From a virus (Duplodnaviria > Caudoviricetes), in IMG/VR virus record IMGVR_UViG_3300027374_000002, positions 1 through 64,000 of that record: DNA of 64,000 nt. One strand, written 5' to 3'. Below are positions 37,592 through 47,327 of the stretch, piece by piece. The notes under the pieces are model-generated. The model made no database searches. It was not told the DNA's origin and saw nothing but the letters and a program-made list of their open reading frames with translations. The position numbers were made by a program, and so were the translations under genes. Numbering within the stretch: position 1 is the stretch's first letter; each line of letters begins with the position of its first letter.

Positions 37592-38316
37592 TACAATTCA
37601 CATACAATGGAATATCATCTGCGGATATGGGCGTCCGCATACAGTCAAAGAGCATATATTCGGCACCTAAGTTCGACATCAGCAGTGTTGCTATTCCTGG
37701 CAGGGACGGTGAGCTGTTGGTGCCGAGCGGTAGGTTTCCGAATGCGACAGTTTCTTATACCTGTTTTGTGCCGGCAAAAAGTATAGATGAGTTGGGCAAA
37801 AAGTTAACTGCAATTAAAGCGTGGCTTTATACGCAGCCTGACCGGTACCACATTTTGTCGGACAGCTACGACACACTGTTTTTTCGCAAAGCTGTTATAA
37901 GCAACAAGCTGGACATTGGTGAACAGTGCAGAAAGATTGGTACTTTTACGATAACATTTTCCTGCTATCCGTTCAGGTATTCGTTGGAAGGACAGCGGAA
38001 AATTGATAGCACAAATTCCATTACAATGATAAATCCGTATCCGTTTAACGCAAAGCCGTACATAAAAGTGAACGGCAGGGGCGAAGGAAGGCTCATAATT
38101 CAGTCGGAAGGTTCGAATAAAATTTGGATCTTCAAAACCTTAAACGGATATACAGAAGCGGACAGTGAGCAAATGAACTTTTATCACGATATGCAGTCTA
38201 AGAATGACACCGTGAGCGGGGATGGTTTTCCTATTCTGTACCCCGGTAGAAACGAGGTATCGTTTGAAGGCGCAATAACAAGTATCGAAATTATTCCAAG
38301 GTGGATGTGCTTATGA
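37588..38316 (+). CDS. Distal tail (Dit) protein
   Basis: FTYNG.SS, IPGRDG, F.CYPFRY, GFP.LYPG.N. Confidence 0.8.
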   Translation: MIQFTYNGISSADMGVRIQSKSIYSAPKFDISSVAIPGRDGELLVPSGRFPNATVSYTCFVPAKSIDELGKKLTAIKAWLYTQPDRYHILSDSYDTLFFRKAVISNKLDIGEQCRKIGTFTITFSCYPFRYSLEGQRKIDSTNSITMINPYPFNAKPYIKVNGRGEGRLIIQSEGSNKIWIFKTLNGYTEADSEQMNFYHDMQSKNDTVSGDGFPILYPGRNEVSFEGAITSIEIIPRWMCL

Positions 38317-41300
38317 TTCCTATTTTATTCAAAGCCGATGCCACCGACTTCAGTACCTATGGCATTGGCGCTCTTACTGAAGCTCTTACTTGTGAAGTAA
38401 CAGAAGAGCGCAACGGCACTTTTGAGTGTAAAATAACCTACCCTTCAAGCGGGCGGCTTTACAGTGAAATCCTGAAGGACCGTATAATCAAGGCAAAGCC
38501 GAATGATACCAAGGCGGCGCAGGCATTCCGAATTTATAAAATTTCGCTGCCTATCAACGGAACGATTACGGTTTACGCGCAGCACATTTCCTATGACCTT
38601 TCAGGTATTGGAGTGCTACCGTTCGAGAAAAAGTCAACCACGCCGCAGCTTGCTATGGATTATATCCTCCAACACGCGACTCAGGCGCACAACTTCTCGT
38701 TCCAGACGGACTATTCGGTGGCAAAGGACTTTTCTGTGGATAAACCCAAGAGCATCAGAGCTTGCTTGGGAGGAGAGGAAGGGTCTGTGCTTTCGCTTTG
38801 GGGTGGCGAATTTGAATGGGACAACTTTGAAATCAAACATCACCAGGGGCGCGGGGAACACACCGATGTTGTTATTGAATACGGAAAAAACCTGACAAAA
38901 TTTAATCATGAAAGCGAGGACACGGAGGTCTATACTTCGTTGCTGCCCTTTGCTTTTATGGATAGTGATGAAGACGGTCAAATATTGGTAACGCTTCCGG
39001 AGGTCTTACTCCCGGTGGAAGGTTCCGAGCTGCTGCATACAAAAACTTTATTTCTGGATTTAACCGAGTCATTTGAAGATGGAACGCTAATCACGGAAAA
39101 TATGCTGCGGAATAAAGCGCTTTCGTATATTTCGAACCATTCACTTGCAGCATCGGTTCCTAACATAACCATCTCTTTCGAACCTCTCTGGCAGCAACCG
39201 GAATATACGGCAGTTTTGGAACGGCTCTCACTTTGTGATACGGTAACGATTAAACATTCGGTGCTGGGAGTGAAAGCAAAGGCAAAAGTTATCAAAACTG
39301 TTTATAACACTCTTTCAGAGAAGTATACCTCTGTGTCGCTCGGTTCGGCAAAAGGAAGTCTTCTGAGTTCAATTGAGCAGAGTACAACCGAGCTTGAAAA
39401 GGTGATGGAAAAAGCAAACGCGTCCGCGAATAAGGTGCCGATGCTTATTAACTCGGCTATCCGCCGTGCAACTGAGTTAATAACTGGGCAGACCGGCGGG
39501 TATGTGGTAATCCATACAAATGCGGAAACAGGGCAACCGTATGAGCTGTTGATTATGGATGCACCGAAAATTGAAGATGCGGTTAACATTTGGCGTTGGA
39601 ACGTAAACGGTCTCGGCTTTTCAAGTAAGGGGTACAATGGACCCTATGACACGGCTATTACCGCAGATGGCAGAATAGTTGCAGATTTCATTTCTTCCGG
39701 AACGCTGGTGGCAAATATCATAAAAGCCGGTACGATTTCTTCCGTTGACGGTTCTTCGTTTTGGAACTTGGATACAGGTGAGGTGGTCATAAAAGCCTAT
39801 GCAAAAATGGAAGCAGTCGAAAAGGTTCAAACGGAAGCAAATAACGCACAGAGTTCCGCAAACCAAGCACAGACTTCTGCGAATAAGGCACAGGCTTCTG
39901 CAGACAAAGCACAAACTACGGCGAATCAGGCGCAGACAGCAGTAGATGATTTGGCTTCAGATGTAGGTGTGCTTTCCGGCAATGTTGGTGCGCTTACCAC
40001 AAGTGTTAAAACCGTAACTACAAAGCAGGCTTCGCTTGAAAGCAGCGTTGATGGTTTGACGAGTTCAGTTTCCGCTGTTACTACCAGAGTTACAACGGCA
40101 GAAGGAAAACTTGTCTCGGTGGAAGCAGCGGTCTCAACGTTGAAGCAAACTACCACCGAAATATCTGCGGAGGTTTCGAAGAAGGTTGATGAAACCTATG
40201 GAAGCAGCGCTTCAGCCTTTGGCTGGGTGTTGAAATCCACAGGCTTTTATGTGTATTCAAATGCAACCGCGGTAATGTCGATAACCAGTTCTGGACTCTC
40301 GGTTGTAGGTGCAATCGATGCGACCAGCGGCTCTATAGGAAATCTTACGATTGACGGTTATCTGTATTTCGGTGGAGACAAGTCATATTATATCAGCGCG
40401 AACTATAACGATGGAAACTATTACATAAGCCTTCCGGGGTTGAGAATAGATAAGGCTTCGACAGCAGTTTTCAGCGGAAAGCTCTCCGCGCCGAGTGGAA
40501 CTATTGGCGGATTTACGATTTCAACCTCGTCTATTTACAAAAGCAAAACTTCATACAGTAATTCAACAGAAGGTGTCTATATAGGCACGGACGGTATTGG
40601 CTTGGGTGCGGGGACTTTTTATGTTACTGCCGCGGGTAAGCTCTACGCGACTAATGCGGAAATATCCGGGACGATAACGGCAACAAGTGGAACGATAGGT
40701 GGATTCACTATAAATTCGAGTAGCCTTACGAACGCAGGCGGCGGTTCTTCAATTCAAATTACAAGCGGGAACTATACGACTTATCTTGGAGCGAATACTT
40801 GTTATAGCAGATATCAGGAATCGGCAGGTTCAAGGGGCTGGTCTTTATCGCATAGCGCCATATCAATATCATCATATAATTCGAGCGTTTATTGCGGAAT
40901 CAAGATAACGCCGACTTATTCAAAACGCTTAAGTACAAGTTCTTATTCCAGCACAACGGTTGCTGAAGGCTGTATTACTGCATTTTCTGAGCCTTCCTAT
41001 AATGTCGATGGCGGCTATACAACCGGTTCTGCAGTTCCGTTTATTTTGGGATTGTGCAGAAAATATGCAAAATCGCCGTATATGCCTTCTCAGGAATGGG
41101 GTGCATATTTAAGGTTTGTAAACTACCAACTTGCTGAGCTGGTTTATGACAGCTACTATTCAGGTTCTTGGCGAATGCGAGACGTAAACACGGGAAGAAC
41201 CTATGACCTTGTTGGGCATAAATTCTATTTTTGGAGTTATAACAGCAGTGTTTCTAACGATTCACGTGTTTCCATTTCGAGTAGTATTCATGGCTTAACA

Positions 41301-41492
41301 TCTGTATCAGGGGCAATAGTTATCCCGAAGGAAAAAAGCACAAACGGCGAGGGCAGCAACCTTAATGGCGATAACAACTTAATAAATAAAAGAGCCAATT
41401 ACGGGATTTATATTTCTGGCACAACCGTTTATGTGGTAGTAGATAGTAATGGGCTGCCACACGGGTTTTATTGCTTAATTTTCGGGAGGTAA
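38313..41492 (+). CDS. Tail spike/baseplate hub with coiled coil and receptor-binding C-terminus
   Basis: C.VTEERNGTF, QAFRIY N-terminal hub; heptad AQ.SAN repeats; SGTIGGFTI repeats. Confidence 0.85.
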   Translation: MIPILFKADATDFSTYGIGALTEALTCEVTEERNGTFECKITYPSSGRLYSEILKDRIIKAKPNDTKAAQAFRIYKISLPINGTITVYAQHISYDLSGIGVLPFEKKSTTPQLAMDYILQHATQAHNFSFQTDYSVAKDFSVDKPKSIRACLGGEEGSVLSLWGGEFEWDNFEIKHHQGRGEHTDVVIEYGKNLTKFNHESEDTEVYTSLLPFAFMDSDEDGQILVTLPEVLLPVEGSELLHTKTLFLDLTESFEDGTLITENMLRNKALSYISNHSLAASVPNITISFEPLWQQPEYTAVLERLSLCDTVTIKHSVLGVKAKAKVIKTVYNTLSEKYTSVSLGSAKGSLLSSIEQSTTELEKVMEKANASANKVPMLINSAIRRATELITGQTGGYVVIHTNAETGQPYELLIMDAPKIEDAVNIWRWNVNGLGFSSKGYNGPYDTAITADGRIVADFISSGTLVANIIKAGTISSVDGSSFWNLDTGEVVIKAYAKMEAVEKVQTEANNAQSSANQAQTSANKAQASADKAQTTANQAQTAVDDLASDVGVLSGNVGALTTSVKTVTTKQASLESSVDGLTSSVSAVTTRVTTAEGKLVSVEAAVSTLKQTTTEISAEVSKKVDETYGSSASAFGWVLKSTGFYVYSNATAVMSITSSGLSVVGAIDATSGSIGNLTIDGYLYFGGDKSYYISANYNDGNYYISLPGLRIDKASTAVFSGKLSAPSGTIGGFTISTSSIYKSKTSYSNSTEGVYIGTDGIGLGAGTFYVTAAGKLYATNAEISGTITATSGTIGGFTINSSSLTNAGGGSSIQITSGNYTTYLGANTCYSRYQESAGSRGWSLSHSAISISSYNSSVYCGIKITPTYSKRLSTSSYSSTTVAEGCITAFSEPSYNVDGGYTTGSAVPFILGLCRKYAKSPYMPSQEWGAYLRFVNYQLAELVYDSYYSGSWRMRDVNTGRTYDLVGHKFYFWSYNSSVSNDSRVSISSSIHGLTSVSGAIVIPKEKSTNGEGSNLNGDNNLINKRANYGIYISGTTVYVVVDSNGLPHGFYCLIFGR
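39845..39945 (+). repeat. 21-nt period tandem repeat encoding AQ(S/T/A)(S/T)A(N/D)(Q/K) heptads
   Basis: NNAQSSANQAQTSANKAQASADKAQTTANQAQTA. Confidence 0.8.
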
Positions 41493-41494
41493 AA

Positions 41495-41875
41495 ATGAAG
41501 ATTTACTATCTTCAAAATGAAAACGAAGAGATAATTGAGGACGGATTCGAGCGGTTTAACGATAACTGCAAAGTGATGGATCGTGAGAATTACCACATAG
41601 TGAATGGCTATAACGGCGCATTATTCTTCTACGAATATACAAAGACGGAAGAATACAAGCAAAAAGCAAAAGCCTTTGCCGAATATGGGCGGCTTGAAAA
41701 CCTGCGTCTGCAACGCAATGAAAAATGCTTCTCGGTTATAAATCGCGGAGCGCTCTGGTATGAGAAGCTCACTCTGGAAGAAAAGGCAGAGTTGGAAATC
41801 TGGTATCAGAGTTGGCTCGATGTTACAGAGACTGGTGTCGCACCCGAAACACCGGAATGGTTAAAAAACAAGTAA
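41495..41875 (+). CDS. Tail fibre assembly/chaperone-like protein
   Basis: Position after the spike; LR..RN..CF..INRG..WY..WLDVT..P..PEWL. Confidence 0.6.
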   Translation: MKIYYLQNENEEIIEDGFERFNDNCKVMDRENYHIVNGYNGALFFYEYTKTEEYKQKAKAFAEYGRLENLRLQRNEKCFSVINRGALWYEKLTLEEKAELEIWYQSWLDVTETGVAPETPEWLKNK

Positions 41876-41893
41876 TAAAAGGAGAGTGTCATT

Positions 41894-42289
41894 ATGATTT
41901 TAATTGAAGTTGTAAAAGCAAAAGAACCCCTGCAGCGGTTGACCGCGAGGCGCTTTTCAAGTTATCGGGTTCTGAGGGAACTTGTAAAACTGCGCAAAAC
42001 AGTCGATGCTGAGACAGAGTTCTACACTGAAGCTGAAAAGAAAGCCGTGGAACTTTATTCCGAAAAGGATGAAAACGGCTCTCCCGTTTTTCTTGCGGAC
42101 GGAAGACTTAAGCTGAAGGATGTTCAAGCGAAGAAAGATTTTGAAGCGGAAATCTTGAAGTTGAACGAAACGCCGGTTGATGGAATAACACCGGTGTGCA
42201 TCCGTGAGGAAGATTTCAAATCAACGGACGATTTGCCCACGCCGGAGGAAATGCTGCTTCTGGAAGGACTGGTCGTATTCGAAGATTAA
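41894..42289 (+). CDS. Phage hypothetical protein
   Basis: AGGAG RBS; operonic. Confidence 0.7.
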   Translation: MILIEVVKAKEPLQRLTARRFSSYRVLRELVKLRKTVDAETEFYTEAEKKAVELYSEKDENGSPVFLADGRLKLKDVQAKKDFEAEILKLNETPVDGITPVCIREEDFKSTDDLPTPEEMLLLEGLVVFED

Positions 42290-42301
42290 AGGAGGTAGAA
42301 T

Positions 42302-42571
42302 TTGGGCACTGTGGCTGCGATTATTATTTCGATTGCATCAGTGATCACTGCGCTTGGGGTTATTCTGGGAGTAATTCTTTCGGTGCATAAGTGGTACTTG
42401 AAGCAGGAAAAACAGGATGACGATATTAAGGTCATAAAGGAAGAACAGTCTATTCTCACGCAGGGTGTGCTTGCGTGCTTAAAAGGACTGAAAGAGCAGG
42501 GCTGTGATGGTCCTGTAACGATAGCGATTGATAAGATTGAAACTTATATCAATCAACAGGCGCATAAATAA
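42302..42571 (+). CDS. Holin-like membrane protein
   Basis: N-terminal hydrophobic helix; LACLKGLKEQGCDGPVT. Confidence 0.7.
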   Translation: MGTVAAIIISIASVITALGVILGVILSVHKWYLKQEKQDDDIKVIKEEQSILTQGVLACLKGLKEQGCDGPVTIAIDKIETYINQQAHK

Positions 42572-42583
42572 AGGAGGCAAAAA

Positions 42584-42964
42584 GTGAACGACATCTTAAT
42601 AAATATCATTTCGGCGGTGGTGACTACGGTGTTGCTGCCGCTTATTACTTGGGCGGGAACGAAGCTCATTCAGTACATCGGCACAAAGGTCAAAAATGAA
42701 AAGGCAGCAACGTTGCTTTCTACCGCAACGACTGTCGTGCTAAACGCTGTGAGAAGCGTGTTCCAAACGTATGTGGAGAGCTTGAAAGCAAGCGGTTCTT
42801 TCGGACCGGATGCGCAAGTGGAAGCGTTAAAAAAGGCAAAGGATATCGCTCTTTCTCAGTTTGGTGAAGATGTGAAAAAATACATTACCACAAACTTCGG
42901 TAATCTTGACGGGTGGCTTACCAACCAAATCGAAAGTTCAATTAACCTTTTGAAAAACGCATGA
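42584..42964 (+). CDS. Holin (LL-H-like)
   Basis: N-terminal TM helix; AVRSVFQTYV..IES. Confidence 0.7.
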   Translation: MNDILINIISAVVTTVLLPLITWAGTKLIQYIGTKVKNEKAATLLSTATTVVLNAVRSVFQTYVESLKASGSFGPDAQVEALKKAKDIALSQFGEDVKKYITTNFGNLDGWLTNQIESSINLLKNA

Positions 42965-42992
42965 TGCGGAAGTAAAACTGAATAAACTCTGA

Positions 42993-43035
42993 AAGCCTAT
43001 CTGGGAGTTAATCCTGGGTAGGCTTTATTTTTTTA
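42993..43035 (+). terminator. Late-operon terminator
   Basis: AAAGCCTATCTGGGA..TCCTGGGTAGGCTTT then a T-rich run. Confidence 0.65.
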
Positions 43036-43037
43036 TA

Positions 43038-43077
43038 AAAATACCCCCTCAAAATAGGTTTGAAATCTCCGAATGGT
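43038..43077 (+). promoter_or_regulatory. Conserved bipartite box, copy 2
   Basis: AAAATACCCCCTC-N15-TCTCCGAATGGT. Confidence 0.55.
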
Positions 43078-43091
43078 AGGAGGACCTTTTT

Positions 43092-43499
43092 ATGACAGAT
43101 GAATTGAGAAACCGGGTTCTTGCGTTACGGCGTGAGGGTTTAGGGTTTTCAAAGATTGCACGGGAGCTGGATATCCCTGCGGATACGGTGCGCACGTTTC
43201 TCAATCGGTACAATAAACGATATGAGAACCGATGTCTTTGTTGCGAGAAAATGATAGAGTCATTGCCACATCGGAAGCGGAAACAGTTCTGCTCTGACCG
43301 CTGCCGTTTACTTTGGTGGAATTCACACCAGACCGTTATAAAAAGGAAAACCTTCTACAAATATATCTGCCCGCAATGCGGAAAGGAGTTCACTGCTTAT
43401 GGAAACGCCAAGAGAAAATACTGTTCAAGAAGTTGTTTCGCCGCTGCCCGCCGGAAGGGGAATGACGAAAGAAGAAGCGGAGAGGATAACGGGTTATAA
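43092..43499 (+). CDS. HTH plus Cys-rich zinc-finger regulator
   Basis: GLGFSKIARELDIPADTVRT; C..C, FCSDRC, CPQCG, YCSRSC. Confidence 0.8.
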   Translation: MTDELRNRVLALRREGLGFSKIARELDIPADTVRTFLNRYNKRYENRCLCCEKMIESLPHRKRKQFCSDRCRLLWWNSHQTVIKRKTFYKYICPQCGKEFTAYGNAKRKYCSRSCFAAARRKGNDERRSGEDNGL

Positions 43500-43638
43500 A
43501 CTCGCCATGAGTATGGCAGATTCAATGCTTGCGCAAGGGATTATATCGGAAGCCGAGCATTATAAAATCGACCAGAAAATGTGTGAAAAATATTGTATCA
43601 AAATTACCTCTATTTTCCGAAATTATGCCCGAAAATGA
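43462..43638 (+). CDS. SHOCT-like small protein
   Basis: MLAQGIISEAEH.KID..M.EKY. Confidence 0.7.
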   Translation: MTKEEAERITGYKLAMSMADSMLAQGIISEAEHYKIDQKMCEKYCIKITSIFRNYARK

Positions 43639-43639
43639 G

Positions 43640-43668
43640 TGGATATAAATTCGGTTTAGAGGTAATAT
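43640..43668 (+). promoter_or_regulatory. Repeated promoter, copy 5
   Basis: TGGATA-N10-TTAGAGGTAATAT. Confidence 0.7.
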
Positions 43669-43697
43669 ACGCATGCCAAAAAACAAGGAGGTTTTCT

Positions 43698-44093
43698 ATG
43701 GAAAACAAGCTGGAAAAATTGAAGCAACAACGACCTTTGAGGGTTTGCGCGTATGTTCGCCGCAAGCCCGTTCCTGCGGCTCTGCCGGACATCCAAACCG
43801 AATACTACAACCGGTTAATCAATGGTGTCGATGGTTGGACGAACGCCGGGATTTATACCGACCTGCGGCTGAAAGACAGGGATATGAAGCGAATGCTGAA
43901 AGACTGCAAGAAGCGCAAAATTGACTTGATTATTACAAAGTCGGTTTCCAGGTTTTCGCGCGATGTGAGGAAGTTCGAAAAGATAATGAGCATTTTGAAA
44001 AAATGCGGGGTAGGCGTTTTCTTCGAGCTTGAAAACCTATATTCCCTTGATGCGGAAGCGGCTCTCCGGTTTGATATGCTTTTGGCAGATTGA
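43698..44093 (+). CDS. Resolvase-domain-only protein lacking the catalytic Ser
   Basis: VCAYVRRK in place of YARVS; IDLIITKSVSRFSR. Confidence 0.75.
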   Translation: MENKLEKLKQQRPLRVCAYVRRKPVPAALPDIQTEYYNRLINGVDGWTNAGIYTDLRLKDRDMKRMLKDCKKRKIDLIITKSVSRFSRDVRKFEKIMSILKKCGVGVFFELENLYSLDAEAALRFDMLLAD

Positions 44094-44103
44094 GGAGGGT
44101 GAA

Positions 44104-45420
44104 ATGGAAAGGACGGTACAGTTAGTAAGACCTACGCTTCCGAAGGCAGCGCAAATAAAAAGGGTATGCGCATACGCCAGAGTTTCAAGTGGAAAGGATG
44201 AAATGCTGCATTCGCTTTCGGCGCAGGTCAGTTATTACCAACGCCTCATTCAGTCCCGCGCAGCTTGGAAGTTCTGCGGGGTATATGCGGACGAAGCTGA
44301 AACCGGAACGAAGGACTCCCGTGAGCAGTTTCAGGAAATGCTGGCAGAATGTCGCAAGGGAAACATTGACCTGATCATCACAAAGTCCATCACCAGGTTT
44401 GCGCGAAACACAGTAACGCTTCTGCAGGCGGTTCGAGAACTCAAGGATATGGGCATCGAGATTTACTTCGAAGAGCAGAACATTTTCACGCTCTCAACCG
44501 AAGGCGAAGTGATGCTGACAATTCTCGCATCGTATGCGCAGGAAGAGAGCAGGTCAGCAAGCGAAAATCAGCTCTGGAGGGTAAAGCGGAACTTCGAAGA
44601 AGGCAAGGTCTGGGGGATGCAGATTTACGGTTACAAAGCAGTAGATTGTCAGCTCCAGATTATTCCGGAGGAAGCGGAAGTGGTGAAGCGAATTTTCGCA
44701 GAGTTCCTTGCCGGGAAAGGAAGGGAATCAATTCTGCGCGGCTTGAATCGAGATGGCATCAAACCCAGGCGTGCAGAAAAATGGCAAAGGACATCGGTTT
44801 ATAATATCCTGCGCAACTACGCTTATACCGGCAACCTGATTTTACAGAAAACCTACCGAGAAAATTTTATGACAAAAAAATCGATAGTGAACGATGGTAG
44901 GAAACCAAAGTATCATTGTCAGGAAACGCACGAGCCGATTATTTCAATGGAAACATACCAGCAAGCGCAGGCTGAGATTGAACGCCGAAACGCGAATCTT
45001 CCGAAGAAAGCTCCGTATATGATGTACCTATTTACGAGCCTGATTCGCTGCCCATATTGCGGGGTGAATTACCGCCGGTGCAAAGGTTATAGTTCCTGGC
45101 TTTGGCGCTGTAACACATTTGTGGTTCACGGGAAGCAATCCTGCCCGCAGTCAAAACAGATACGCGAAGATACGATGGTGAGCGTTACCGAAGAGGTGCT
45201 TGGCATCACCGGGTTAAACTACAAGAACATCCACGATGCCATTGATTTTATCGATGCCTTTGAAGGAAACCGGCTGGTGTTTCACTTGAAGAACGGCGAG
45301 GTGGTTGAGCGTGTTTGGAAAGACAGGTCCCGCGCCGAAAGCTGGACACCGGAAATGAAATTGAAAGCGAAGATTAAGGAAGCGGAAAGACAAGAAGAGT
45401 TAAAAAGGAGGGTGCAATAA
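44104..45420 (+). CDS. Large serine recombinase
   Basis: AYARVSS, ITKSITRFARN, recombinase domain, CPYCG zinc ribbon. Confidence 0.93.
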   Translation: MERTVQLVRPTLPKAAQIKRVCAYARVSSGKDEMLHSLSAQVSYYQRLIQSRAAWKFCGVYADEAETGTKDSREQFQEMLAECRKGNIDLIITKSITRFARNTVTLLQAVRELKDMGIEIYFEEQNIFTLSTEGEVMLTILASYAQEESRSASENQLWRVKRNFEEGKVWGMQIYGYKAVDCQLQIIPEEAEVVKRIFAEFLAGKGRESILRGLNRDGIKPRRAEKWQRTSVYNILRNYAYTGNLILQKTYRENFMTKKSIVNDGRKPKYHCQETHEPIISMETYQQAQAEIERRNANLPKKAPYMMYLFTSLIRCPYCGVNYRRCKGYSSWLWRCNTFVVHGKQSCPQSKQIREDTMVSVTEEVLGITGLNYKNIHDAIDFIDAFEGNRLVFHLKNGEVVERVWKDRSRAESWTPEMKLKAKIKEAERQEELKRRVQ

Positions 45421-46994
45421 TGCCGAAGGTTACAGTAATTCCAGCAACAAAGGATTTTTATACCGGCGTTGATAATAACACGTTCAAAAAGAAAAAGGTG
45501 GCTGCATATGCGCGAGTTTCCACCGCAAGTGAAGAACAGGAAACCTCATACGATGCGCAGGTTGATTACTATACGAAGTATATTCAGGGACGACCGGATT
45601 GGGAGTTTGTAAAAGTTTATACGGACAAGGCAATAACCGGTACGAATACCAAGCGTAGGAAAGGGTTCAAAGAAATGATAGACGATGCGCTTGCCGGAAA
45701 GATTGATTTAATTGTTACTAAGTCCATCAGCCGATTTGCACGAAACACGGTTGACACTCTGGTTACGGTCCGAAAGCTGAAAGAGAAAGGCATAGAGGTT
45801 TACTTTGAAAAGGAAAACATCTACACGTTGGATAGCAAGGGCGAGTTGCTCATAACGATTATGAGTTCGCTGGCGCAGGACGAAAGCCGAAGCATAAGTG
45901 ATAACGTAACGTGGGGACAGCGGAAGCGATTTGCGGACGGAAAAGTTAATATGCCTTATAAAAGGTTTCTGGGTTATAAAAAAGGTGAAAACGATCTGCC
46001 GGAAATCGTGCCGGAACAGGCAGAGGTGGTCAGGTTGATTTACTCGCTTTTTCTGGAAGGCAAGACGAGCTACGGCATAGCGAATTACCTGACAGAACAG
46101 CAAATCCCTACCCCGACAGGGAAGGTTATTCCCTGGAAATCAAGCACTATTGAAAGTATTCTACAAAATGAAAAATACAGAGGTTCGGCGCTTCTGCAGA
46201 AGAAATATACGGTGGACTTCCTCGAAAAGAAAATGATAGTCAACGATGGAAAGGTCCCGCAGTATTATGTAGAAGACAGCCACCCGGCAATAATAACGCC
46301 AGCGGAATTTGAAATTGTGCAAGGTGAAATTCAGCGCCGGAAAGCAAACAAAGGGAAATATAGCTGTTGCGCACCTTTTGCTTCAAAGGTTGTGTGCGGC
46401 GATTGTGGCGAGTTCTACGGGCAAAAGGTCTGGCATTCGAATAGTAAATACCGAAAGATAATATACCGCTGTAACGGCAAATATCACGGCGAGAAATGCG
46501 CAACGCCCACCCTCACGGAAGAGCAGTTGAAAGAGGGGTTCCTCAAAGCCATCAACAGCTTGATAGGCATTAAGGAAAGCCTGCTGGAAGATTGCCGGGA
46601 AATGCAGGCGGTGCTATCCGACACTGCAGCATTGGACGAAGAATTGAAAACCGTAACCGATGAGTTTATGGTGGTTCGAGAAATGCTTCGGAAGATGATT
46701 GAAGATAACTCGCGCAAGGTTCAGGACCAGGATGAGTTCTGGGCGAAATACAACCCGCTGGATGAGAGAGCGAAAAAGGCTGATGCGCGAATTAAGGAAT
46801 TGATGGAGCAGCGCACACAGCGCATACAGAAAGCGGAAACAATCGGCGCGTTTATGTTCGAGCTTCACGAGCGCGATGAAGCGGTGGAAGAATTCGATAA
46901 TAAGCTCTGGTTTATGACGGTTGATAAAGTGGTGGTTCAAAGGGACGGAAAGCTGATTTATCATTTCCGCAACGGATTAACGGTTGAAGTGTAG
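45420..46994 (+). CDS. Large serine recombinase
   Basis: AYARVST, KSISRFARN, CGDCG zinc ribbon, coiled coil. Confidence 0.94.
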   Translation: MPKVTVIPATKDFYTGVDNNTFKKKKVAAYARVSTASEEQETSYDAQVDYYTKYIQGRPDWEFVKVYTDKAITGTNTKRRKGFKEMIDDALAGKIDLIVTKSISRFARNTVDTLVTVRKLKEKGIEVYFEKENIYTLDSKGELLITIMSSLAQDESRSISDNVTWGQRKRFADGKVNMPYKRFLGYKKGENDLPEIVPEQAEVVRLIYSLFLEGKTSYGIANYLTEQQIPTPTGKVIPWKSSTIESILQNEKYRGSALLQKKYTVDFLEKKMIVNDGKVPQYYVEDSHPAIITPAEFEIVQGEIQRRKANKGKYSCCAPFASKVVCGDCGEFYGQKVWHSNSKYRKIIYRCNGKYHGEKCATPTLTEEQLKEGFLKAINSLIGIKESLLEDCREMQAVLSDTAALDEELKTVTDEFMVVREMLRKMIEDNSRKVQDQDEFWAKYNPLDERAKKADARIKELMEQRTQRIQKAETIGAFMFELHERDEAVEEFDNKLWFMTVDKVVVQRDGKLIYHFRNGLTVEV

Positions 46995-47065
46995 GGCATA
47001 ACGCTTTACACATCATTTAAAAAATGATATAATTTCACTACCAAACGAAAACAGGGGTAGTAAAA

Positions 47066-47305
47066 TTGGATAGAATGTCCGCAAGATTTGTGGCTAAGAG
47101 ATTTGGATTCAGCACAGATTTAGTTTATCAAATGTGGGAAGAAATGGGCTTGATTATTAAAAACGGTACTAACTCTTGGAAGTTGACCGAGTTGGGCGAG
47201 AAAAACGGGGGCTTGATGTCCTCTGTTGGATATGTACCTACGTTTGAATTTAAGGTCATTGAAAAGCTGATGATGGATTTTTATAACATCGTATTCAAGA
47301 AATAA
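47066..47305 (+). CDS. Small wHTH-like hypothetical protein
   Basis: Promoter TTTACA-17-TATAAT upstream; W.LTELG motif. Confidence 0.6.
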   Translation: MDRMSARFVAKRFGFSTDLVYQMWEEMGLIIKNGTNSWKLTELGEKNGGLMSSVGYVPTFEFKVIEKLMMDFYNIVFKK

Positions 47306-47327
47306 AAGTTTATTTACGGAGCGAAGC

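Larger units (their letters stand above)
5033..46994 (+). mobile_element. Siphovirus-type prophage, ~42 kb (att sites not identified, boundaries approximate)
   Basis: Co-oriented replication, packaging, head, tail, holin and serine recombinase modules in canonical order. Confidence 0.88.

Noticed and set aside
40300-41492. Diversity-generating retroelement target in the tail tip
   Set aside because: No reverse transcriptase and no TR/VR pair seen.
4842-47065. attL/attR direct repeats
   Set aside because: No convincing shared sequence found by eye; serine integrase cores can be very short.
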